From Desulfobacterales bacterium (GTDB lineage: Bacteria; Desulfobacterota; Desulfobacteria; Desulfobacterales; UBA5852): DNA of 46,415 nucleotides. The stretch is from the NCBI GenBank assembly GCA_030065275.1, contig JASJCV010000007.1, positions 1-46,415 on the forward strand. The letters are read 5' to 3'. The notes beneath the pieces are model-generated. The model saw nothing but the letters and a program-made list of their open reading frames with translations, did no database searches and was not told the origin of the DNA. A program made the position numbers and the translations under genes. Of this stretch, positions 1 to 8,871 are shown piece after piece; within the stretch, counting starts at the first letter, position 1; every line of letters begins with the position of its first letter.

Positions 1-891
1 CACCGGCGGTGCCGACGGTTCGAAATCAATGTAGACGATATTGGTGCGGATGGCCGCGGGAGCAATGCGAACAGCTCGATGTGGCGCCAGCCCCTCGGCC
101 AATTGCCGGGCATTGGCATGGTCCTCGCCCAGGCGGTCCGTCATCGTTTTCAGGGCCACGATCCCGGCGGCCGCCAGGACACCGGCCTGGCGCATCCCGC
201 CGCCTAAAACCTTGCGGTGACGGCGGGCCTGCATGATGAAATGCGTGTCGGAACATACCAGCGATCCCACAGGGGCGGCCAAGCCCTTGCTCAGGCAGAA
301 AGAGAGGGAATCGGCGTCTTCCGCCAGCTGTCGGACAGTAACGCCGAGGGCGGCCGCGGCGTTGAAGATCCTGGCGCCGTCCACATGGACTTTGAGTCCG
401 TGGCCGGCGGCCAGGGCCGCGACTTCGCCAAGATAATCGGGGGGCAGTGGGGTGCCGTTGCAGCGGTTGTGGGTGTTCTCAAGCGCGATCAGGCGCGAGC
501 GCGGAAAGTGGACGTCGTCCGCGCGGATGGCGTGAGCCACGGCTTCCAGGTCGAGGGTCCCGTCGGGCCGGTTGGCCACCGTGCGCGGGTGGATCCCGCC
601 CACCTGGGCGCTGCCCCCCTGCTCGTAGTAGAAAATATGGGCCTGGTCGCCCACGATGAACTCGTCGCCCCGGCCGCAATGGGTCAGGAGGCTCACCAGG
701 TTGGCCATGGTACCGCTGGGGACGAAGAGCGCAGCTTGCTTGCCGGCAATATCGGCGGCCATCTCTTCAAGCCGCCTGACGGTTGGGTCTTCACCGAAGA
801 CATCGTCACCCAGCCGGGCCTCCGCCATGGCGCGGCGCATGTCCGGCGTGGGCAGGGTGAGCGTGTCGGAGCGCAGATCGATCGGGTTCAT
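1..891 (-). CDS. ltaE: Low-specificity L-threonine aldolase (PLP-dependent), C-terminus cut by window edge
   Basis: Absent from the ORF track because it runs off the window edge. My translation of the minus strand from the ATG (complement of 889-891) gives MNPIDLRSDTLTLPTPDMRRAMAEARLGDDVFGEDPTVRRLEEMAADIAGKQAALFVPSGTMANLVSLLTHCGRGDEFIVGDQAHIFYYEQGG...ENTHNRCNG...SFCLSKGLAAPVGS. This matches the threonine aldolase/beta-eliminating lyase pattern, including the PLP-lysine context. The frame stays open to base 1 (297 codons). Confidence 0.8.
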   Translation of the reverse strand, partial: MNPIDLRSDTLTLPTPDMRRAMAEARLGDDVFGEDPTVRRLEEMAADIAGKQAALFVPSGTMANLVSLLTHCGRGDEFIVGDQAHIFYYEQGGSAQVGGIHPRTVANRPDGTLDLEAVAHAIRADDVHFPRSRLIALENTHNRCNGTPLPPDYLGEVAALAAGHGLKVHVDGARIFNAAAALGVTVRQLAEDADSLSFCLSKGLAAPVGSLVCSDTHFIMQARRHRKVLGGGMRQAGVLAAAGIVALKTMTDRLGEDHANARQLAEGLAPHRAVRIAPAAIRTNIVYIDFEPSAPPV

Positions 892-1089
892 GGCATGCCT
901 CCTTGTACTTGGGAATGTGGGGCCGGCCGTGGATGGCACCCCATCAGACATGCTGGGGATAGCGGATTTGGCAGGCGGGATCAAGTCGCCCGCCGCCGCC
1001 AGATAAACCTTGCAATCCGCTTGATTATTGCCCAAGATAGCCCACCCGGCGTCATCCACCGCAGCCAACGGCAACCATGAGGGACCGTT

Positions 1090-1500
1090 ATGCCCGCACC
1101 TTTTAAGATCGCACCGATCGGTTTTGTCCGGCGGACCGACGAAGCCGTCTGGATCGAGATCGCGCCGCCGTTTCTGCCGGCCATGGAGGGCCTGGAAGAC
1201 TTCTCGCATATCCAGGTGCTCTTCTGGTTCGACCGCAACGACCACGCCGAGGGGCGTTCCTTCCTTAAAGTCCATCCCTGCCGCGATCCCGAGAATCCGC
1301 TTACGGGCGTATTCGCCACCCACTCGCCCCTGCGGCCGAACCTGATCGGCCTGAGTCTGTGCCGAATCGAGGCGATCGAGGCCGAACGGATCTTTATCGA
1401 CCGGATCGACGCTTTGGAAGACACCCCCGTCGTCGACATCAAGTGTTTCATCCCCACCCGCCGCGAGCTTTCGAGCCTGCGGCTGCCGGAATGGGCTTAA
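1090..1500 (+). CDS. Short TsaA/TrmO-family protein (N-terminal beta-barrel domain only, 136 aa)
   Basis: The motifs FSHIQVLFWFD, RPNLIGLSLCRIEAIE and TPVVDIKCFIP match the YaeB/TsaA (TrmO) fold. GAGGGA sits just upstream of the ATG. The ORF ends 14 nt before recD2. Confidence 0.7.
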   Translation: MPAPFKIAPIGFVRRTDEAVWIEIAPPFLPAMEGLEDFSHIQVLFWFDRNDHAEGRSFLKVHPCRDPENPLTGVFATHSPLRPNLIGLSLCRIEAIEAERIFIDRIDALEDTPVVDIKCFIPTRRELSSLRLPEWA

Positions 1501-1513
1501 CCCGGAGCCGGCC

Positions 1514-3691
1514 ATGGAGGCGCTTTCGGGGCAGGTCGACAAAGTCACCTACTACAGCGAGGAGACAGGGTTCACGGTGGCCCGCCTGATCGCCGAGGCG
1601 CAGGATACGGCGGTGACGGTGGTCGGCCCGCTGATGAATCCCCGGCCGGGGGAGGTGCTCCACCTCGAGGGTGAATGGCAGCAGCACGCCGCCTTCGGGC
1701 GCCAGTTCCGAGTTCAGGCTTTCAAGATCGGCATCCCCACCACCGAGAAAAGCATTTGCGCCTATCTGGGATCGGGGCACATCAAGGGTATCGGCCCGGA
1801 AATGGCCTCGCGCATCGTGGCGCGCTTCGGCCGACGGACGCTGGCGGTGATCGACGCGGATATCCAGCAGCTAAAGAAGGTGAAAGGCATCGGCGCCAAG
1901 CGCCTGGGCCAGATCGAAGCGGCCTGGTCGGCGCACCGGGATTTAAGAGAAATCATGCTCTTTCTCCAGGCCCACGACCTGCCCACCGGCCATGCGGCCC
2001 GCATTCTCAGAACCTATGGCGATCAGGCCGTGGCGGTGCTTCGCAGCAACCCCTACCGCCTGGCCGACGATATCCGGGGCATCGGCTTCCAGACCGCCGA
2101 TCGTATGGCACGCCAGCTCGATTACGATCTCGCGGCGCCGGCGCGGGTGGAGGCCGGGGTTTTGCACCTCCTGGGGGCCAAGGCCGACAACGGTCACGTC
2201 TACAGCCCGCGGCGCGCGCTTGAGCAGGAGGCGGCCGCGCTTCTGGGGGTCGATGCGGCCCTGGCTTCGGCGGCGATTGAACGTCTGGTCGTGAAAAAAC
2301 GCCTGGAGGTGGATGCCGTTGCAGCCCCGCCGGAAACGGCCGTATACCCAAAGGCGCTTCACCTCTGCGAGGTGGGCGTCGCCCGGCACCTCCTGCGGCT
2401 GCAGCACGAACAGAGCGGGTTGCCGCCGATGGATCCCGATCAGGCGCTTGCCTGGGTGCAACCGCATTTGGGGATTGAACTGGCCGCGCAGCAGAAGGCG
2501 GCGGTGGCCGCGGCGCTCGACACCCAGGTACTGGTCATCACCGGGGGACCGGGAACCGGCAAGACCACGATCATCAAGGCGATTGTGGCGCTCCAGGCCC
2601 GGCGGCGAGCCCGCATCCACCTGACGGCGCCCACCGGGCGGGCGGCTAAACGCATGGCCGAGGCCACCGCGTGTCGGGCCACCACCATCCACAGGCTATT
2701 GGAATACAGTTTTCAGAAAGGCGGGTTCCAGCGCAATGCGGATCGGCCCCTGGTCGCCGACCTCGTGATCGTGGATGAGGCCTCCATGATCGATATCCGG
2801 CTCATGCGTCATCTTCTGGAGGCCCTCGCACCGGGTGCCCGCCTGATCTTGGTGGGCGACATCGACCAGTTGCCCTCGGTGGGTCCGGGCAACGTTTTGC
2901 GGGATATCATCGCCTCGCGGCGCTTTGCGGTGGCCACCCTCACCAAGATCTATCGTCAGGCCCGCAGCAGCGCGATTGTCCGCAATGCCCATCGCATCAA
3001 CGCCGGCGAGATGCCCCGATGGGCGAACGACGCCGCTGGAAACGACTTTTTCTTCATCGCGCGGGATGCGCCCGAAAAAGCGCTGGACACCATCGTTCAT
3101 CTGGTCGCCGAACGCATGCCTCAACGGTTCGGCCTCGATCCGGTGCGCGACATTCAGGTGCTGAGCCCCATGCACCGAGGTGTCGTCGGCGCCGCAAACC
3201 TCAACCGGGCGCTGCAGATGCGGCTCAACCCCGCCGCGCCGGAGTTGCCCCGCGGTACCCACACCCTGCGGATCAACGACAAGGTCATGCAGGTGCGCAA
3301 CAATTACGACAAGGACGTTTATAACGGCGATATCGGCACCATCAGCCGCATCGACGGGGCGAGCGCGGCCGTGGGGGTCGATTTCGACGGACGGGCGGTG
3401 GATTACGACGCCGGCGAGCTGGATGAAATCGTTTTGGCCTATGCCATATCGGTGCACAAGTCACAGGGCTCGGAATTCCCGGCCGTCGTTGTGCCGGTCC
3501 TGACCCAGCATTATATTCTTCTGCAACGAAACCTGCTGTACACGGCCGTGACCCGCGGCCGCCGCCTCGTCGTTCTGGTGGGAACCCGCAAGGCGTTGGC
3601 GCTGGCCGTCAAAAACGCCTCTCCGCGGCGGCGTTTCACCGCTCTCGAAAAGCGTCTGCGCCATCCCGCATCGGCCGCTGCCGGACAGTAG
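1514..3691 (+). CDS. recD2: RecD2-type SF1B ATP-dependent DNA helicase
   Basis: 725 aa with a RecD2-like N-terminus (GQVDKVTYYSEETGFTVARL) and an HhH region (IKGIGPEMA, VKGIGAKR). Helicase motifs seen: Walker A GGPGTGKTT, Walker B VIVDEASM, DQLPSVGPG, and C-terminal SVHKSQGSEF / YTAVTRGR. Confidence 0.9.
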   Translation: MEALSGQVDKVTYYSEETGFTVARLIAEAQDTAVTVVGPLMNPRPGEVLHLEGEWQQHAAFGRQFRVQAFKIGIPTTEKSICAYLGSGHIKGIGPEMASRIVARFGRRTLAVIDADIQQLKKVKGIGAKRLGQIEAAWSAHRDLREIMLFLQAHDLPTGHAARILRTYGDQAVAVLRSNPYRLADDIRGIGFQTADRMARQLDYDLAAPARVEAGVLHLLGAKADNGHVYSPRRALEQEAAALLGVDAALASAAIERLVVKKRLEVDAVAAPPETAVYPKALHLCEVGVARHLLRLQHEQSGLPPMDPDQALAWVQPHLGIELAAQQKAAVAAALDTQVLVITGGPGTGKTTIIKAIVALQARRRARIHLTAPTGRAAKRMAEATACRATTIHRLLEYSFQKGGFQRNADRPLVADLVIVDEASMIDIRLMRHLLEALAPGARLILVGDIDQLPSVGPGNVLRDIIASRRFAVATLTKIYRQARSSAIVRNAHRINAGEMPRWANDAAGNDFFFIARDAPEKALDTIVHLVAERMPQRFGLDPVRDIQVLSPMHRGVVGAANLNRALQMRLNPAAPELPRGTHTLRINDKVMQVRNNYDKDVYNGDIGTISRIDGASAAVGVDFDGRAVDYDAGELDEIVLAYAISVHKSQGSEFPAVVVPVLTQHYILLQRNLLYTAVTRGRRLVVLVGTRKALALAVKNASPRRRFTALEKRLRHPASAAAGQ

Positions 3692-3759
3692 CGTGCGTGA
3701 TTCAGAAGCGTGCCGGCCGGGTTTTGATTCGCCACTGGCCGCGACCGCGATCCGCACCT

Positions 3760-3788
3760 TTTAAATCCCGGCCGATTGTGCCTATTAT
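3760..3788 (+). promoter_or_regulatory. Candidate sigma-70 promoter (TTTAAA-N17-TATTAT) for the PilZ gene
   Basis: Hexamers at 3760-3765 and 3783-3788 with a 17-nt spacer, about 75 nt upstream of the ATG at 3863. Pattern match only. Confidence 0.3.
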
Positions 3789-3862
3789 GCTGGCAGTGGG
3801 CCCGGTCCAGGGAGCCCCGCAGCGACGATCGCGACGCCACTGCCAAGAAAGGGATCCTCGTT

Positions 3863-4495
3863 ATGCAAACGGTCGAGTTGGCCCATGGTTATGCCCTCGA
3901 GGTGGGAGCGGCGATCCAGGTCCGCATTGAAGACATCGATTACACGTTCGGCAGCCAGCTGGTCGGCGCCGGCGAGGAGGGGCGGGTTCTCGTAAGCACC
4001 GATGATGTCATGGACCGCTTGGAGGGCCGACTGCAGCCCGGCATGATCGTGTCCACTTACTATCTTGCCGATGACATCTACCATATGTTCAATACACGCT
4101 TCGAAAGCCTCACCGGCGATCCCCGGCCGACCATGGTGCTGGAGGCCCCCACCGAAGTTCTCAACATCGAGCGCCGCTCCCAGCGGCGAATCAATTGCAC
4201 CCTGCCGGCCAGGGTGGATGTGCGCAAGACCCTGTCCATGGAAATTGTCGACATCACCCACAAAGGCTGCCGGATTACCGCACCGGCCGATACGTCCGAA
4301 ACAGTGCGGCTGGCGCCTTCCGACCGGATCCTGCTCAGGATCCGCGCGCCCCAGGCGCCACACGGTTATATCGTCGAGGGGCAGGTGCGCAACGTCTATC
4401 GCCGGGGCGATACGATCGAGGCCGGCGTTCTTTTCGACACGCTGCCCGAGACCCTCAAGAGCTACATCGAATCCCTGACCACCAACGACCAATAG
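3863..4495 (+). CDS. PilZ-domain protein with a YcgR-like N-terminal domain (putative c-di-GMP receptor)
   Basis: C-terminal PilZ signature RRSQRR ... DITHKGC. I chose the start at the internal ATG 3863, which is preceded by AAGAAAGGGA. The track ORF starts at 3776. Confidence 0.7.
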   Translation: MQTVELAHGYALEVGAAIQVRIEDIDYTFGSQLVGAGEEGRVLVSTDDVMDRLEGRLQPGMIVSTYYLADDIYHMFNTRFESLTGDPRPTMVLEAPTEVLNIERRSQRRINCTLPARVDVRKTLSMEIVDITHKGCRITAPADTSETVRLAPSDRILLRIRAPQAPHGYIVEGQVRNVYRRGDTIEAGVLFDTLPETLKSYIESLTTNDQ

Positions 4496-4613
4496 AGCCT
4501 TGCCGGGGGCCATCGTTCGGGGGCTTCGCGGCGTCATCCGATCCCGTGGTCGCGTACGGCTTGTGCCGGCGCCGCCGTTTTCCGTGCCCGACTTTTGCGC
4601 CCGCGCTGGTCGA

Positions 4614-5141
4614 TCATGCCATCGCCAGCCGATGAATGGTCGCGGGGACGCCTCCCGGCAGTCGCCTTAAATGGCGCCGGAAGGTGGCTTTGCAGGGGAG
4701 GCGCTTAAGCCGAACGAGGTGGGATGGGCAGCCGCAGTCCGAGCTTCCAAAACCATGGATCGGCATCTCGGCGCCGCGGATCGCCGCGAGCGCCTGCGCC
4801 CACTGGTGCTCGTCCGCAGGGCGCGTGCGCGCATGCCAGATTTCCCTGACGCCGGCGCGGGCCCTCAGATAATCGATGTGCCAGTGCGGCGCCGCCGGCC
4901 GGCCCAGGTGGTGGGCCAGGCGCGCCGCCAGGCCGCCCGGCCCGAAAGCCCGGCCCACATAGGCATAGCAGCCGGCTGCCAAATGGAAAGGTCCCAGTTT
5001 ACCGACCACAATTCGTTGATATGAATGAAGTTCCAGGCAAAGAACATAAGTCCCCTTCCCGGAGATCGACCGGATACGCGGATCGCCTGCGGCGACTGAT
5101 TTTTCACGGGGCACGTTCACCTCCGAGGCGACGGCGTTCAA
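4614..5141 (-). CDS. DUF123 / GIY-YIG (Uri) superfamily nuclease-like protein
   Basis: GKGTYVLCLEL...VGKLGPFHLAAGCYAYVGRAFGPGGLAARLAHH...HWHIDYL matches the DUF123 pattern as I remember it. The exact start is uncertain. Confidence 0.65.
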   Translation of the reverse strand: MNAVASEVNVPREKSVAAGDPRIRSISGKGTYVLCLELHSYQRIVVGKLGPFHLAAGCYAYVGRAFGPGGLAARLAHHLGRPAAPHWHIDYLRARAGVREIWHARTRPADEHQWAQALAAIRGAEMPIHGFGSSDCGCPSHLVRLKRLPCKATFRRHLRRLPGGVPATIHRLAMA

Positions 5142-5348
5142 ACAGCGGACCGCCAGGTCATGGCAGGCGTCGGTGTCTGCATCTGATCGCTGTCATAAAG
5201 CGGCGCTAGCGCACGCTGTGGCCGTCACACGGCCGCCATTGGAAGGGATGCCTTGACCTTTCGGACGCCTCCCGGGCAATGCCAGAACACGGGCCTTCAC
5301 CGGCGATTCGGTGGCCGCATCGATGTCTACCCCTGACGATGAACATTA

Positions 5349-5396
5349 CGAACCGGAACGGCAACACGAATCGAATTGAAAATTGATGCCGGTTCG
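5349..5396. repeat. Inverted repeat CGAACCGG-N32-CCGGTTCG in the divergent intergenic region upstream of the EBP gene
   Basis: Perfect 8-nt arms at 5349-5356 and 5389-5396. The spacer is AT-richer and contains CGAATCGAATTG. Function unknown. Confidence 0.5.
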
Positions 5397-5458
5397 AATA
5401 CATTGAGTGAACATCGCGCGTTCATCAAATGCATGGCACGCAGGGAACAGGAGGCCAG

Positions 5459-6964
5459 ATGAAAAAGCCTTTGCGGCTGACGCCCGAAGAGCGAACTTTC
5501 TTTCAGCATGTCTACCAGGCCGGCCTGGCAAGCCCGTTTACCGACGACCGGGTCGCGCTTGAAACCCAGATCGCCGGCACGGCCGGGGCCGCCCGGGTCA
5601 AACGCATCGAGCGGGCGATCCACCAGGTCAAGCGGTCCATCGCCAACCTTGAAAAGGGGGGGCGCATCGACTTCAACCGCTACGCCGGCGACGACCGCGG
5701 TCTGGTCCGGGCCGGCCTTCTGTTCGACTTTTTTTACGATTTGCGCGAACGGTTCGATCAGCTCATCCGTGATCAGATTGCCGCGGGCGACACCCCCATC
5801 AAGGTTGCGTTTGCCGCCGAGGCGCTCGCCCGGCTCCAAAGCCGCGGCTTCCAACTGGAGGATGCCCTGCGGTATTTCGCCCTCAGCTATCAGCTGCGGC
5901 GGGCCTATTTCTTCCTCTACCGGACGCTGGTCGGACGCAGTCCCTGCATGAAAAAACTGCGGCAGGATCTCTGGCACAACGTCTTCACCCACAACATCGA
6001 GCTCTATGACCGCTACCTCTGGAATCAGATGGAGGATTTCTCGACCCTTTTGCTGGGAGAGACGGGTACGGGCAAGGGAACTGCTGCCATGGCCATCGGC
6101 CGTTCCGGATTCATACCCTTCAATCCGGAAGGCAATGTCTTTGTCGAGAGCTTCACGCGCTCGTTCGTGTCCCTCAATCTTTCGCAGTTTCCTGACACGC
6201 TGGTGGAGTCCGAGCTGTTCGGACACAAGAAAGGGGCCTTTACCGGTGCGGTGAAGGACCACCGTGGCGTTTTCGATCATTGCAGCCCCTACGGCGCCAT
6301 CTTACTCGATGAAATCGGCGAACTCTCCATTCCGATCCAGATCAAGCTTCTCCAGGTGCTCCAGGACCGCAAGTTCGCACCGGTGGGCAGTCACCAGGAA
6401 AACCGTTTTGAAGGCCGCGTGATCGCGGCCACCAACCGATCGATCGAAGAAATCCACACCCGCAAAATTTTCCGGGACGATTTTTACTACCGCCTGTGTT
6501 CGGATATCATCACCGTGCCACCGCTGCGGCAGCGTATTCGGGAGGCCCCCGGCGAGATGGACGATCTGCTGGATTTCACGGTCCAGCGCATGGTGGGACG
6601 CGCCTCACCGGAACTCGTGGCCATGGTGCGCGAGGTGATCGACTCGCGCTTGGGGCCGGATTACGCCTGGCCGGGCAACGTGCGCGAACTCGAGCAATGT
6701 GTGCGCCGCGTCATCCTGAAGCGCGAGTATGTCGGCCGCCCGGCGAAACCGGCCGTGTCCTCGGTGCCCGCCTTCCTTCACGCCGGAATCGATGGCGGCA
6801 GCATCGATGCCCACCGCCTGGTCATCGGCTATTGCTATCATCTCCACACGCGTTTCGGCACCTACGAGGAAGTTGCCCGCCGCACCGGTCTCGATCGGCG
6901 GACGGTCAAAAAATACATCCAGGAATGGGCGGCGCATAGCCCCGGCGGTGACTTGCCGGACTGA
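5459..6964 (+). CDS. Sigma-54-dependent transcriptional activator (bEBP) with an unrecognised N-terminal domain
   Basis: AAA+ motifs seen: Walker A GETGTGKG, GAFTGA loop (HKKGAFTGAV), Walker B LLDEIGEL, RVIAATNR and FRDDFYYRL. C-terminal HTH YEEVARRTGLDRRTVKKYI. I chose the start at ATG 5459, directly after GGAGG. The track ORF starts at 5429. Confidence 0.85.
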   Translation: MKKPLRLTPEERTFFQHVYQAGLASPFTDDRVALETQIAGTAGAARVKRIERAIHQVKRSIANLEKGGRIDFNRYAGDDRGLVRAGLLFDFFYDLRERFDQLIRDQIAAGDTPIKVAFAAEALARLQSRGFQLEDALRYFALSYQLRRAYFFLYRTLVGRSPCMKKLRQDLWHNVFTHNIELYDRYLWNQMEDFSTLLLGETGTGKGTAAMAIGRSGFIPFNPEGNVFVESFTRSFVSLNLSQFPDTLVESELFGHKKGAFTGAVKDHRGVFDHCSPYGAILLDEIGELSIPIQIKLLQVLQDRKFAPVGSHQENRFEGRVIAATNRSIEEIHTRKIFRDDFYYRLCSDIITVPPLRQRIREAPGEMDDLLDFTVQRMVGRASPELVAMVREVIDSRLGPDYAWPGNVRELEQCVRRVILKREYVGRPAKPAVSSVPAFLHAGIDGGSIDAHRLVIGYCYHLHTRFGTYEEVARRTGLDRRTVKKYIQEWAAHSPGGDLPD

Positions 6965-6974
6965 ATTCCGGTGC

Positions 6975-7943
6975 CTACGGGCCGGCCGCGGCCGCCGGCC
7001 CGATCTGGGGGCAGGCGGCATTCTCACAGTCGACCGCCGGGATACCCAGGAGATATTGCCCGATGCGGGCCGAATAGTTGATGGGTGCGTGATCGGCCAG
7101 AAAGCGGGGCGGATCGTGCCAGCGGCTTTCCGGCGATGCCGCGGCGGCCTCTTCTTCGGCGTTGCAGTCCAGGGCGGCGCTCGCCTCATCCCCGATCTGG
7201 TGCAAAAGGCCGCGTGAGCATATATGCACGAGCTGGCCGGCCGGCTGAAACGAAAGGATCGGGCTGGCCGGCGGCAGGACGGCCACGATGTCGCGATTAT
7301 TGACGACGCGGTAAACATTGATGGGGCGCATCACTTCCACATAGCCGCCATCCCCGACGCGGGGGGCGCCGAAGCAATAGACGGCTCGCGGCCGGAAACG
7401 CGTGGCCGCCAGTTGGGCCAGGGCGCCTCCCATGCTGTGCCCCGTGAAGAAGCAGGGCACTTCGAGGCCGTCCAGCACGGGTTGCAGATGATCCCAGACC
7501 CGTTGCAGGGATTCGAGAAAACCCCGATGGACAATGGCCCGGCGGCCCATTTTTTCGGGCCGGACATCCAGGTCCAGCAGCCAGTTGCGAAAACCGGTGG
7601 TGCCGCGGAAGACGAGTACGGCAAAGGGTTTCGGACCGTTTCGCGATTGCAGCAGCGCGCATTGGGTTTCTTGGCGGCCGATAAACAGGATTTCTTCGCA
7701 GGCCGCTTCGGTCAGGAAGACTTCACGCGGCTTGGCGCTTTGGCGATACGAGGACTCTTCCGGGTTGCGCCGGTAGAACAGGCGGCAGATCTCGCTGAGC
7801 CAGAAGGCGTTGACCGGGTCGAAGGAGCCCCGGTCGGGGTTGAACGGCGGCAGTGGGTCGATCCCGAAATAATTCTCTCCGTTCCCGGGTTGGGTCAGTC
7901 CGTGCCAGCTCAGGTCGATTTTCATCTGTTGGCCACGTCCCAT
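6975..7943 (-). CDS. Class 3 lipase family protein (alpha/beta hydrolase)
   Basis: VLVFRGT...HRGF...FTGHSMGGALAQLAA nucleophile elbow, then NNRDIV. The alternative start MKIDL lies at 7925. Confidence 0.8.
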   Translation of the reverse strand: MGRGQQMKIDLSWHGLTQPGNGENYFGIDPLPPFNPDRGSFDPVNAFWLSEICRLFYRRNPEESSYRQSAKPREVFLTEAACEEILFIGRQETQCALLQSRNGPKPFAVLVFRGTTGFRNWLLDLDVRPEKMGRRAIVHRGFLESLQRVWDHLQPVLDGLEVPCFFTGHSMGGALAQLAATRFRPRAVYCFGAPRVGDGGYVEVMRPINVYRVVNNRDIVAVLPPASPILSFQPAGQLVHICSRGLLHQIGDEASAALDCNAEEEAAAASPESRWHDPPRFLADHAPINYSARIGQYLLGIPAVDCENAACPQIGPAAAAGP

Positions 7944-7989
7944 GCGCTGGTGGCAGCGTCAAACCATCGGTCGCTTCCGTTTCAGGCGC

Positions 7990-8871
7990 CTATGCGCCGG
8001 CGTCGAAGAAGGCCGCCACGGCATCCACCGCCTGCTGTCTTTCCTGTGCGTCGGAAAGAAAATGATCCCCCTGCAGACGGATAAATTCGGCTGTCGGGCA
8101 GACGCGGCGCAGCGCCGCCTCATAATCCCGGGGGGCGTCAAAATAGCGAAAGGCCCTGAAGAGCCGATCATCGCGCGAATATAAACAGAGAACGGCCGTC
8201 TTCGCAAGGCGCACGGCACGCAGCTGTCGGGAGGCCAGCCAGTCCACCAATGTCTGCAGAATGCGCATCCGCCTTAAGGCCAGGAGCCCGAAATGGCTGC
8301 GGTTGATCGTTATGCCGGGCAGGAGAAATTCGGCATAGCGACGAACCTGGGCGGCCGGATTGGCCGTCGGCCAGGCATCCGGGCCGAAATTGCGGCGAAA
8401 ATCCCAGAAGGAATGCAACAGGTGGCGGGAAAACAATCGGGGAATGGCGTTGATCAGAACGACGCGCGGCAACGGTTCGCCGCAATGCTGCAGCGCATTG
8501 ACGAGCGGTATCGCGGCATAGCAGATGCCCAGGCCGTATTGCGGTAGGGTGAAGCGCAACCGATCGCGCCGCGCGAAATTGAGCAGCGATTGCGTGTCGC
8601 GGAAGCTCTGGCGGATGGAAAACGGGCGGCTGGAAAGCCCGTGCCCGGAGTAGTTGAAGGACAACAGGTTGTAACCCTTCGATCGCAAGGGACGAAGGTG
8701 ACGCAGGACCAGAAGCCCGTCACCGCCCACGAGCGGCGGAGCGAATATGGTTCCCCGGGGCCGGGGCGCGCACACCTGCATCCACTCCAATTGGTGTCCC
8801 CCGCCATTCGGGAAGAGGCGGCGCTCGAGACGACCCTGCGGACGGGTTCGGTGGGGAGGAGACTTCAGCAT
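7990..8871 (-). CDS. Alpha/beta-hydrolase-fold protein with a cysteine in the nucleophile elbow (G-I-C-Y-A-A)
   Basis: LSFNYSGHGLS, then the elbow YGLGICYAAIP, then candidate acid YSRDDRLF and candidate His LQGDHFLS. I chose the start at ATG (complement of 8869-8871), which overlaps the upstream stop by 7 nt (ATGCTGA). The track ORF extends to 8985. Confidence 0.6.
   Translation of the reverse strand: MLKSPPHRTRPQGRLERRLFPNGGGHQLEWMQVCAPRPRGTIFAPPLVGGDGLLVLRHLRPLRSKGYNLLSFNYSGHGLSSRPFSIRQSFRDTQSLLNFARRDRLRFTLPQYGLGICYAAIPLVNALQHCGEPLPRVVLINAIPRLFSRHLLHSFWDFRRNFGPDAWPTANPAAQVRRYAEFLLPGITINRSHFGLLALRRMRILQTLVDWLASRQLRAVRLAKTAVLCLYSRDDRLFRAFRYFDAPRDYEAALRRVCPTAEFIRLQGDHFLSDAQERQQAVDAVAAFFDAGA

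Noticed and set aside
217-1080. 287-aa + strand ORF at the window start
   Set aside because: It is the antisense shadow of the minus-strand threonine aldolase gene. The translation is Gly/Arg/Ala/Val-rich with no motif, whereas the opposite strand gives a clean LtaE sequence.
5327-6280. 317-aa minus-strand ORF, and similar ORFs at 7224..8084 +, 8892..9776 +, 9805..10659 -, 11116..12024 -, 16146..16943 +, 19504..20430 +, 22419..23087 -, 23232..24020 -, 41698..42249 +
   Set aside because: They are antisense or frame-shifted shadows of the EBP, lipase, hydrolase, trmO, aminopeptidase, qor, SMC-like ATPase, CoA-hydrolase fusion and USP genes.
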